Source: Candidatus Eiseniibacteriota bacterium (GTDB lineage Bacteria > Eisenbacteria > RBG-16-71-46). From it: DNA of 64,000 bases. The DNA lies in contig CAVSAC010000014.1 in the NCBI GenBank assembly GCA_963725865.1, positions 288,001-352,000 of the forward strand, given 5' to 3'. Shown one piece after another: positions 23,397-33,013 of the stretch (the first letter of the stretch is position 1; each line of letters starts with the position of its first letter). Made by a program: the position numbers and the translations under genes. The notes under the pieces are model-generated. The model ran no database searches and was not told the origin of the DNA. It was given only the letters and a program-made list of their open reading frames with translations.

Positions 23397-25212
23397 ATGT
23401 TCGCTCGGCTGCTGCGCGCTTCGCTCGGACTCTCGCTCGCCCTCGCCTGCTGCGCTGGCCTCGCCGCCGCGGCGACGCCGAAGGCACCGAACGGGCCAGC
23501 GACGCCGCGTCCGAAGCCCGCCGCCGCCGCGCCGGCACTGCCGACGATGCCCGCGCCGTCCCGCGCGTATCCTGGCCGACACCGTCTCGCTCGCACACGT
23601 GGGCGACCGGATCACGCGAGTGAGTGACTTCATCCGCGGCTGGCAGAACGCGTGGGCGCCCGACATGCCGCCGCCCGACAGCGCGGGCCGGGTGGAGTTC
23701 CTCAACACGATCGTGAGCAAGGAGCTGATGGCGCTGGAGGCGGCGCGCCTGAAGATCCCGCTGGCCTTCGAGGACCGGCTGGAGCTGCGCGAGTACCAGC
23801 AGCGGCTGCTCGCCAACGTCCTGTTCCGGCGCGCGATCGCCGAGTCGGTCTTCATCACGAACGAAGAAGTCGAGGCGCACGTCCCCGAGTTCAAGTTCGC
23901 CGTCCATGCGCGTCACATCCTGTTCGCCGACGACGCGACCGCGGAGCGGGTGCGGGCGGACCTGGTCGCCAAGCGCATCACCTGGGACGGAGGCCGCGCG
24001 GCGCTACAGCCGGGACGATTCCACGCGGTCGATCGGGGGCGACATGGGCTGGATCCTGCGCGGGAACGCCTCCCCCGTGATCGCGATGGACATCTGGCCG
24101 CTGGCGCCCGGCGTGGTCTCGCCGGTGTTCCACGACGACGACGGCCCCCACGTCGCCCAGGTGATCGAGCGCCGGCCGGGCCCCGCGATCGATCCCAAGT
24201 CGACGCGCGCCCTGATCCGCAGCGGCCTCCTGCAGTACCGCACGGCGAAGCGGCTGGGCGCGCTCCAGTCGCAGGTGCGGCAGCGCATCCACCTGGTCTA
24301 CGACGAGGCCGCGATCGAATGGGCCTCGCGCTACTTCAGCGCCACCTACGAGTACGGGCAGGGCGCTCACGGCGGCACCGAGCTCCACGTTCAACGACGT
24401 GATGCCCGACTTCCAGTCCTCCGACACCGCGCGCGTGCTGGCGCGCTCCGATCAGGGCACGCTGACCCTCGGACGCTTCCTGAATCTCTACTCCCATATC
24501 TCCGTGATGGCGCGGCCCACCGTCAACACGCCGGGGCTGTTCCAGCGCGCGATCGACCTGTTCCTGCTCGAACCGGCGATGGCGGACGAGGCGCTGGCGC
24601 GCGGACTCGACAGCGATGCCGTCGTGATCCGCAACCTGGGCATCAAGCGGGAGCAGCTGCTGGTCGAGCACCTGTACCAGGATTCGGTGGGCACCCACGC
24701 CTGGGCCCAGCCCGACGAGCGCAGGAAGTTCTACGAGGCGCACCTCACGGCCTACTTCACGTTCCCCAAGGTGGAGTACGCCATCTTCGCGTACCACCCC
24801 GAGCGGAAGGCGGCGGCGGAGACGCTCGCGACGCACCTGCGCGCGGGCGAGGATGCGTCGCACATCCTCGCGGATTCGCTCTACGGATTCCGGAGCGGCT
24901 CGATCCAGACCCGCCGGCAGAACGAGGAGACCGTATTCAAGAAGCTGCTGTTCGAGGAGCTGCGTCCGGGGGACAGTCACCGTGGAGGGCCCCGGCAAGG
25001 ACGGCACGTGGTTCGTGATCCAGATGCGCAGCTACGATCCGGGCCGCCAGCTCTCCTACGAGGAGGCCGCCCAGTACGTGGACGACGACATCCAGAAGAT
25101 CCGCGGCGAGGAACTGCTGGCCGCGTTCGTCGAGCGGCTCAAGCAGCGCTACCCGTGGTGGAGCCGCCCCGAGCTGGTGATGGGGATCGACCTCGAGGAG
25201 AAGTTCTATTGA
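23397..25212 (+). CDS. SurA/PpiC-type peptidyl-prolyl isomerase with two rotamase domains (about four frameshifts)
   Basis: The pieces ARHILF, ARRYSRD..TRSIGGDMGW and LSYEEAAQYV are spread over successive ORFs in different frames. Breaks are near 23570, 23990, 24390 and 24975. Confidence 0.7.
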
Positions 25213-25228
25213 GCCCGGCGCCCGGCGC

Positions 25229-25934
25229 TCATCGCCCGAGCGGCGGAGTCCACGTGCGAACGCGCGATTCGCTCCACGCCGCGCATGCCCGCTCGACCGG
25301 AGCGTGCAGTCCCACGAAGCGCTCGCCTCGCACCAATAGGGGCTCGTAGCCGATCGCCAGCGCGAGCGTGCCCGAGATCCATTCGGCGCACAGCGCCTGC
25401 CGGCAGGCCGGGTCCCGCGCCGGCGGCCGCCGCACGTGCACCTCGGCGAGCACGTAGGTCTGCCCCGCGCGGATCGGCCCCGCTGAGACGTTGGGCTCGC
25501 CGAAGAGCATGCGCACCCGCACGCCGTCGGGCACTCGATCCACTCGAGAGCGCCCGATTCCCTGGGCCGGGAACGGGCTCGCGGCTCCCGGCATCGAGTC
25601 GGGTGCGAACCGCACTTCGAAGTGCCTCAGCTCGCCGCTCGGCAGCGGCGACGCCCAGAATGCCGCGAGGCTCTCGCTCGGCGCCGGGCGGAAGCGGACT
25701 TCGCCGGTGAATCCGATTCAGCGTCGGCGAGTCCTGTCCGGGGACCATGCAGATGAAGAGGGTGTCCGAGCGGCTCGTGTCGCCGCAGGCGCTCGTCAGG
25801 GAAGTCGTCGCGCGCGGCTGCCCGGGCGGGGCGTTCCAGGACAGCAGCACGCGCGCTCCGGTGGTGTCCGGCGGGAACGCCGCGGGTGCGCGCTCGACTC
25901 CGATCAGCAGCGACCGCGCCGATCAGGCGTCCAT
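25229..25934 (-). CDS. Hypothetical secreted protein (frameshifted), possibly a distant relative of the Cys-rich family lacking the WG..K..YR tail
   Basis: Segments LLSWNAP..ACGD..DTLF and C..ALCAEW lie in two frames. The start is approximate. Confidence 0.45.
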
Positions 25935-25967
25935 CGCGCGTTGAATCGGAAGCGTCCGCGAGCGGCA

Positions 25968-26741
25968 TCATCGGTAGCGCACCTTGAGATCGCCCCAGGT
26001 GCGATGCGGGCGGGGACGGCGAGGCAGTCGGCGCCGACGCCGCCCTGCCAGGTGGCGTAGTTGTCCGGCGTGCCCGCGACGTTCGAGATCATCACGTCGA
26101 GCGCTCCGGGCAGGCGTCGCAGCAGGATCGAGTTCAGCACCAGGCACGCCGGACATCGCACCCGGCGCAGGCGATGCGGTCGCTGCTCAACGTCACCTGG
26201 ACCGCGTCGTAGACCACCCCCGCGTCGAGCGCTCGCGCCTGGATCGAGGGCAGCGAGATCGACGATCCGGAATCGCACCTGGGAGGACTGTCCGCGCGGC
26301 TCGCCCGGGAGCTGACCTGCTGCACCAGCGCGCTCGCCAGACCGCCCCAGGGGTCGGCGCAGATGCCCGGGCCGGAGAACGCCGTGATGAGCGGGCCACC
26401 GCTGCACCCGCCGAGATCGAACCGCCAGTAGGCCGGCAGCGGCGTCGCGGCGCTCTGCACGTCGAGGTCCAGCTCCGCGCCGATCACGCTGTCGACCGGG
26501 GTCGCGAGCATGAACGAGCACACGAGCGAGCGTCGAGCGCCGAGTGAGGTGCACGGGAACTGCATGTCGGATTCGCCGCCGGCGGCCGGCACGTGTCCCA
26601 GCCCAGCATGAGGTGGTCGTCGGCGCTCGCCGCGCAGACGGCCGGGGCAGCGATCATCAACAGCGCGACCAGCGCCAAAACGGCGCGAGGCGCCCACGCG
26701 GGTGCGGGGCGCCTCGAGGATGCCGTGTGCGAGTTCAGCAC
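25968..26741 (-). CDS. Secreted Cys-rich family protein, C-terminus RTWGDLKVRYR (frameshifted)
   Basis: Signal-like N-terminus, LGWDTC, LPAYWRFDLGGC, CAGC and NYATWQGG..ADC. The tail is read directly at 25968-26003. Confidence 0.7.
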
Positions 26742-27524
26742 TAACGGTAGAGACTCTTGATCTGACCCCACGTCTTCGTGCGGGTCGGGACGGTGACGCA
26801 GTCCGCGCCCGGCGGGGTTGCCCGTGATCACCGCGGAGCGGCGGTCGGGATCGGTGTACACCGGGTCGCCGACGCCTGCCGGCTGGTTGAGCTTCACGTG
26901 CTTGAGCATGATGCAGGCCTGCTGATCGCAGCCCAGCGCAGCGAGCCGGCGCCCGTCGACTTGGCCTTGTTGAACGCGATCGAGAACAGGAAGATCTCGT
27001 CGCTCGTGGCGGCGGCGTCGCAAGCTGAGCAGCCGCGAAGTCCACCGCCGACAGCGTGCGGATGCGGACGCGGTTCGCGTCGATCGGGCCGTGCGGGTCG
27101 CCGACGCCGGCGTCCGGGCCGATCTGGTACGAGTTGCTGCCCACGATCGAGCTCACGCTACCGAAGTAGTCGATGCAGGCGAGAACGCGCCACCGGAGTA
27201 GCTGACGGTCACCGCGTTGCCCGCGCGGCAGAAGCCCGTGCCGAACTTCCACCACTCGGGCACCGGGGTCTGGAACGCGATCTCGACGTTGCTCTCTTCG
27301 GCCACCAGCGTGGTGAGCGGCGCGCTGGCATCGATCATGACCGAGAGCGACCGCGGTGAACGCGTTGCCCGTGTTGACGGCGCAGGTCCACGTGACGTAG
27401 TTGGGACCACCACAGTCCGTGAAGGCGATCTTGCAGACCGGTGAAGGTCTGCGCCGACGACATCCATCGCCGTGACCGTGAGCGCGACAGCCAGGACGAC
27501 GAACGCGAGAAGCAGTCGCTTCAT
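26741..27524 (-). CDS. Secreted Cys-rich paralog, C-terminus KTWGQIKSLYR (frameshifted)
   Basis: GGGAGG SD and MKRLLLAFVV signal peptide. Shared core PEWWKFGTGFCR...PIDANRVRIRTLSAVD. Confidence 0.75.
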
Positions 27525-27790
27525 GATTCCGACCTCCCTTTCCATGGGTGACGGTGTGCGAGCTCGAGCCTGCAGGCCGGAGGGGTGGCACAGATGACCA
27601 CGCGAGGCGTAGAACTCCCGCCCGGTCCCGTGATTCCGGCTGCATCCTAGCGCGTCATCGGCCGGGCGCAAGCGAAAACCGAGCGTTTGTTGAGTGCGGT
27701 TCACAGCGTCGCGCGTGGCCAACTCGACGTCCACTCGGAGCCCTCCGCTCGACGTTCGTCCTTGCAGCGACTTAGGCCGCGAGGGCGAAG

Positions 27791-28540
27791 TCACCGATAC
27801 AGCGCTTTCACCTGCCCCCAGCTGCTGCGAGTGGTGGGGACGGAACTGCACTCGGCCTCGGGCGCGTACTGGACCGCGCCACAGCCGAAGACTTGGCGGC
27901 TGCCGACGACGAGGTCGGGAAGCCCCGAGGCCTGGTGCAGCGTCACCCGCGCGAGCCGCATCCATGCCATCGCGGTGCATCCTGCGCAGGCGCCGGCGCC
28001 GGTCGATGCGGCCTTGCTGAACCCCACCGAGAACATGAAGTGCTCCTCGCCCGCCGTCGGCTGCGCCGTCTGCAACGCGGCGAGGACGTCCACTGCGGAG
28101 ATCGTGCGGATGCGAACGTGATTCGCATCGATCGGTCCGGCGGGATCGCCGACCGCGGGATCCGGGCCGGGCTGGTACGAGTAGCTCCCGATCACCGGCC
28201 CCACGCTCCCGAAGTAGTCGAGGCACGCGAAGTTCCGCCCGTCGAAGCCGACGAGGATGGCGCTCGCGGGTCGGCAGTATCCCGTGCCGATCTTCCACCA
28301 TTCCGGCACAGTGGTCGGGAACCAGATGTCGAGCAGGCCTTCTTCGCTCACGAGCGTCGTGATGCCCGCTGGGCATACCACCGAGCAGACGACGGTGAAG
28401 GCGCGTCCGCTGTTCGAGGTGCAGGTCCAGGTCGCGGTCGTCGCGCCACCGCAGTCACCGAACGTGAGATTCAGGCCCTGCGCATGGACCGGAGCCGAGG
28501 AGAGCAACAGCAGTGCACCGAAGAGTAGGGCTCTCTTCAT
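27791..28540 (-). CDS. Secreted Cys-rich paralog, C-terminus SSWGQVKALYR (intact, 249 aa)
   Basis: Intact ORF with signal peptide, GLNLTFGDCG, PEWWKIGTGYCR and GACAGC. Confidence 0.85.
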   Translation of the reverse strand: MKRALLFGALLLLSSAPVHAQGLNLTFGDCGGATTATWTCTSNSGRAFTVVCSVVCPAGITTLVSEEGLLDIWFPTTVPEWWKIGTGYCRPASAILVGFDGRNFACLDYFGSVGPVIGSYSYQPGPDPAVGDPAGPIDANHVRIRTISAVDVLAALQTAQPTAGEEHFMFSVGFSKAASTGAGACAGCTAMAWMRLARVTLHQASGLPDLVVGSRQVFGCGAVQYAPEAECSSVPTTRSSWGQVKALYR

Positions 28541-28652
28541 GGGTCCGCCATGGACCTGCGACCGGACCGGGGGATCTGCGACGTCCGATCACGAGCGAGG
28601 AGTCGCGCGAGGCGACCGGGCAGCCGGCCGCCTCGCGGACTCTCGAATCGTG

Positions 28653-29419
28653 CTACCGGTACAGCGACTTCAACTGCCCCCAGCTGCTGCGGCCCGTCGC
28701 GACCGTCAGGCAATGATCGGGAGTCGCGCCCTGGACCAGGCCACAGGAGGACATGCGCGGGTTGGAGATCACAGGATCGCCGATGCCGGCGGGCTGGTTC
28801 AGCTTGACCTGCTTGAAGCGCGATCGCGGCCGGCGAGGTGCAGCCAGCCGCACGCGCCCGTGCCCACCGTCTTGGACTTGTTGCAGCGAGATCGTGAACA
28901 GGAAGATCTCGTCGCCAGCCGGCCGGCGGCGTCGCGAGTCTGCGCGGCCGCGAAGTCCACCGCCGAGATGGTGCGGATGCGGACGCGGTTCGCGTCGATC
29001 GGGCCGTTCGGGTCGCCGACGGCGGCGTCCGGACCGATCTGGTAGGAGTTGCTGCCCACGACGGAACTGACGCCGCCGAAGTAGTCGAGGCACGCGAACG
29101 CGCCGACCGGAGAAGCCGACGGCGACGGCGTTCGAGGCGCGGCAGAAGCCGGTACCGAGCCTTCCACCAGTCGGGCACCGCGGTCGGGAACGTCGACTTG
29201 GACGACGCCTTCCTCGGCGACCAGGGTGCGTGAGGCCGGCCGGGCACACCACCGAGCAGACCGCCGTGAACGTGGCGCCGCTGTTCGTGGTGCAGGTCCA
29301 GGTAGGCGTGCGTCGAGCCAGCGCAGTCACCGAACGTCAGATTCAGACCGCCCTGCGCGTGGGCGGTCGACGCCGTCATCACGAGCAGAGCGACCACAAG
29401 TGAGAACGAGCTTCTTCAT
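28653..29419 (-). CDS. Secreted Cys-rich paralog, C-terminus SSWGQLKSLYR (frameshifted)
   Basis: GGAGG SD and MKKLVLTCG start. High similarity to neighbours across several frames. Confidence 0.75.
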
Positions 29420-29490
29420 CGGAACCTCCGGGGGACATGCGACCGGATCGGGGGATCCAAGCGATTCCGATTCGCTCAGTGCGACAGGAA

Positions 29491-29519
29491 CGGGGTGGCC
29501 GGCAGAGCCAGCCACCCCG
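29491..29519 (-). terminator. GC-rich hairpin between paralogs
   Basis: CGGGGTGGCCGGC-AGA-GCCAGCCACCCCG inverted repeat just downstream of stop 29544. A similar hairpin lies at ~28606-28637. Confidence 0.5.
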
Positions 29520-29543
29520 AACCGTTGATTCTTGTCCTGAGAA

Positions 29544-30300
29544 CTAGCGGTACAGAGACTTCAGCTGGCCCCAGCTGCTGCGCGAGGTCGGGGTCGCGTG
29601 CGCGCACTCGGCCTCGGGAGCACCCTGCATCGAGCCACAGCCGAAGACGTCGCGGCTGCCGACGACCGGGTCGCCGACGCCAGCCGGCTGGTTCAGCTTG
29701 ACCTGCTTGAGCGCCATCCACGCCGGCGAGTCGCAGCCAGCGCAGGCACCGGTGCCCACCGTCTTCGTCTTGTTCACCGAGATCGAGAACAGGAAGATCT
29801 CGTCGCCACCGGCCGGCGGCGTCGCGAGCTGCGCGGCCGCGAAGTCCACCGCCGAGATGGTGCGGATGCGGACACGGTTCGCATCGATCGGAGCCGTTCG
29901 GGTCGCCGACGCCGGCGTCCGGACCGATCTGGTACGAGTTGCTGCCCACGACCGAGCTGACGCCACCGAAGTAGTCGATGCAGGAGAGCGCGCCGACCGA
30001 GTAGCCGACGGCGACGGCATTCCGGCGCGGCAGAAGCCGGTACCGAGCTTCCACCAGTCGGGCACTGCGGTCGGGAACGCGATCTCGACGACGCCTTCCT
30101 CGGCGACCAGGGTCGTGAGGCCGGCCGGGCACACGACCGAGCAGACCGCCGTGAACGCCGCGCCGCTGTTCGTGGTGCAGGTCCAGGTCGCCGTGGTCGC
30201 GCCACCGCAATCACCGAACGTCAGATTCAGAGCCCTGCGCATTCGCGACAGCAGCCGTCATGATCAGAATCGCGCCACAGAAGAGGATTACCTTCTTCAT
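29544..30300 (-). CDS. Secreted Cys-rich paralog, C-terminus SSWGQLKSLYR (frameshifted)
   Basis: GGAGG SD and MKKVILFCGAILIMTAAVANAQG signal peptide, followed by the family core. Confidence 0.78.
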
Positions 30301-30439
30301 CGGAACCTCCAGGGGACGAACAACTAGACAGGGGGACGATGCATAGCCTGGTTGTCTGAACGGTCTAGTCTCGATCACCACCACCTTTCGAAGTCGATTG
30401 CCTATTTGGAGCCTGGGGACAGCCCTGTGAGAGTGCCGA

Positions 30440-31088
30440 CTACGGCGTGCAGAGCGGGGCCGCGCTGGTCGCCGAGCCACCGGAGAAGTAATCCGACGCG
30501 AGGAGCGACAGGTCGTTCGCACCGATGCGCGACGAGAAGTCGAGATCCGAACGGGCCGCCGGGTTCGCCGGCGAAGATAGTCGCCGGCGAGGATCGACAG
30601 GTCCGCCGCGCCGACGCCACCCGCGCCGTCGAGGTCGTACGCCGCGACCGTGCGGAAGCCCAGGAACACGCCGTCCGCGTAGATCTTGCCCTGCAGGAAG
30701 GTCGAGAACGAACCGGGTCGACGAGCGGCCGACGATGCGGAACGTCGCGACGCCCGAGCCGTCGGTCAGCGCGCGAACCGAGCGCGAGGCCGGCGTGCAG
30801 TCCACGAACGTCGGTACCGAACGGCTGGGTCGACTGGATCTTGATGTCCGGCGTGCAGCCCGACACGTCGATCACGACCGCGGAGTTCGCGATGAGGTTG
30901 TTGGCGAGGTCACGCACGGTGACGGTGAACTGACCGCTGGGATCGGCGACACCCGCCGGCGTTCCCACGAGCTTCACGCCAGCCGGCAGCGTCGAGTTCG
31001 TCGCACTCGGTACACTCGCAAATGCGGCACCAGCGAAGAGCAGGCCGCACACGGACAGAAGGATGGCCTTGCGAACCAAACCAGTCAT
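30440..31088 (-). CDS. Secreted protein with an Ig-like N-terminal region and C-terminal dockerin/EF-hand-like duplicated motif (frameshifted)
   Basis: GGAGG SD, signal peptide, FTVTVRD..N and TDGSGVATF, then DLDGAGGVGAADLSIL and DLDFSSRIGANDLSLL. Confidence 0.7.
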
Positions 31089-31262
31089 TGTTGCACCTCC
31101 ATAGATGGTCACCCGGTTGCTGAAAGAGAAGGCAAGGCTCAGCTGCAAGCAATCAGGTCTGGCTTCGAGCCACCTCCTTTCAATCCTTCTTCTTTCAAAA
31201 AAGACCAGTCGCTCGAGGCGAAGATATCTGGCGCGTTAGCAAGACCTTCGGAGACGGAAAGA

Positions 31263-31292
31263 AGTCTAGTTTTCACGTCACCGGCATGTCAA
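31263..31292 (-). promoter_or_regulatory. Near-consensus sigma70 promoter of the dockerin-like/paralog operon
   Basis: TTGACA-N18-TAGACT on the minus strand, in a locally AT-rich region. Confidence 0.65.
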
Positions 31293-31421
31293 GACAGTTT
31301 TTCGCGTCAATCTCCGCGTTACCTTCCGGTTAGCGATCGGCGCGGGTTTTCGGGGACGCTCCCCCGTCCTGCGACGTCGAGCCTCGGTCCCGGGGCCTGG
31401 GCCCCGGCTAGCCGTCCACGG

Positions 31422-31498
31422 TGGTGGGCGAAACAGGGTTCGAACCTGTGACCCCTTGCTTGTAAGGCAAGTGCTCTGACCAGCTGAGCTATTCGCCC
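31422..31498 (-). tRNA. tRNA-Val(TAC)
   Basis: GGGCGAA acceptor stem, anticodon loop TT-TAC-AA region, GTTCGAA T-loop and encoded CCA. Confidence 0.96.
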
Positions 31499-31743
31499 GT
31501 GGGTCGGGGCTTCCCGCGGACCAGGAGCGAGGCCGGGACCAGCACCACGTACCCGAGCACCAAGAGGACGGGGGCCATCGTGATATCCCCCTTGGAAAGC
31601 ATCAGATATCCACCGACCAGGACCGCGATCCCGATTCCGAGCAGGAGGCTGTTGGCCGTCCCCCAGCGGAACCCCGGATCGGTCTCGACCGGAATCTTCC
31701 TGACGTTCCTGGACCTCGTGGCGGTGGGCTTCGAAGTGCTCAT
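31489..31743 (-). CDS. Small two-TM membrane protein (DUF3098-like)
   Basis: AGGAG SD. Sequence pattern N..LLGIGIAVLVGGYLML...ITMAPVLLVLGYVV. Confidence 0.7.
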   Translation of the reverse strand: MSTSKPTATRSRNVRKIPVETDPGFRWGTANSLLLGIGIAVLVGGYLMLSKGDITMAPVLLVLGYVVLVPASLLVRGKPRPTGE

Positions 31744-31934
31744 CTTGCTGCTCCTGACTCCCCGCAGGGAAATGCCGACGGTTCCGGGCTGGCGAGCCAG
31801 TCCGAGACCGTCGGCTTTCCGGGGCCAGAGGCCCGGGGCACGCACGATCTCAGCGAGGATCGCCTTGGGTGCCGCCGCCTCCGTAGGGCGTGTGTCTTCT
31901 ACCCCAACGGCGGGAGGCGGGGTTCCCGCTTTTC

Positions 31935-32825
31935 TCAGGCGGCCGGGTTGCCTCCCCGGATGCGTCCCAGGACGGCATTGAGGCTTCCGGACCGGAAGCC
32001 TTCCATATCCAGCGTGACGAACACGTAGCCGGCCGCTTTCAGCGCAGCAACGACGCGCGCCCGCACCACCGGCTCCACCAGCCGCGCGAGCTCGCTCACG
32101 GGCACCTCGATGCGGGCGGTGTCCCCGTGGTGGCGCACGCGGCACTCGCGGAATCCAAGCGCGCGCAGGGCGCCCTCCCCGACCTCGACCATCTTGAGGT
32201 TATCCGCCGTGATCGCAGTTCCATAGGGGATCCGCGAAGCCAGGCAGGGCGAGGCCGGCTTGTCGTGGCTCGCGAGCCCGAACTGGCGAGCCGCGGCCCG
32301 GACATCGGCCTTCGTGAACCCCAGCTCAGCAAGCGGGGAGCGCACCGCGCGCTCGCTCGCGGCCAGCCGGCCGGGGCGATGGTCGCGCAGGTCGTCAGCG
32401 ATCGTGCCATCCAGCACCGCGCTCGCTCCGCGGCGCATCCGCACCTCCTCGAGTCGCGCGAACAGCTCGCTCTTGCAGTGATAGCACCGATTGATCGGAT
32501 TGCTCGCGAACGCGGGGTCGCTCAGCTCGCCGGTCGTCACCACTTCGATGGTGGCGCCAAAGGCGGCCGCCTGCGCCAGCGCCGCGTCGAGCTCGTGGAT
32601 GGCGTAGGAGTCGGAACGGCCGATCACGCCGACCACGCGCGAGTCGAGCACCTCGTGCGCGACCCTCAGGAGGAGGCTCGAGTCCACTCCGCCCGAGTAC
32701 GCCACGACGCACGAGCCCAACTCGCGCAGCAGGTCGCGCAGTCGCTCGAGTTTCTGCGGCCACGGCGTCCCGCCAAGCGGGGGCCGCGCCGGGGCGCCGA
32801 TCTGGTGAAGGAGCTCGCCGGACAT
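31935..32825 (-). CDS. larE: LarE-like ATP-dependent sacrificial sulfur transferase (PP-loop)
   Basis: AYSGGVDS, RCYHCK, DDLRDHRPG, SPCLASRIPYG, RVRHHG and GFRSGS. Confidence 0.88.
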   Translation of the reverse strand: MSGELLHQIGAPARPPLGGTPWPQKLERLRDLLRELGSCVVAYSGGVDSSLLLRVAHEVLDSRVVGVIGRSDSYAIHELDAALAQAAAFGATIEVVTTGELSDPAFASNPINRCYHCKSELFARLEEVRMRRGASAVLDGTIADDLRDHRPGRLAASERAVRSPLAELGFTKADVRAAARQFGLASHDKPASPCLASRIPYGTAITADNLKMVEVGEGALRALGFRECRVRHHGDTARIEVPVSELARLVEPVVRARVVAALKAAGYVFVTLDMEGFRSGSLNAVLGRIRGGNPAA

Positions 32826-33013
32826 GGGGCCGCGAGCCTAGCACAGCGCCCCGCGGGCGATGTCAGCGGAGGTTGAACAGGTGCATGCACCCGGCCACGG
32901 CCGGGAACGCGGCCATCGACTCCGCGACGCCACGGGCCCCGGTGCGAACGCCAGCGCGGACGCCACGTCCGTGCCCGGCAGCTCGGTGTGAGCGACTCAT
33001 CGGCCCCGGTCGC

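Noticed and set aside
23397..25212. Programmed ribosomal frameshifting in the PPIase and neighbouring genes
   Set aside because: There are too many shifts per gene and no consistent slippery motif. Sequencing indels are more parsimonious.
25968..30300. Diversity-generating retroelement acting on the paralog array
   Set aside because: There is no reverse transcriptase in the window, and the differences between copies are not adenine-specific template/variable repeat pairs.
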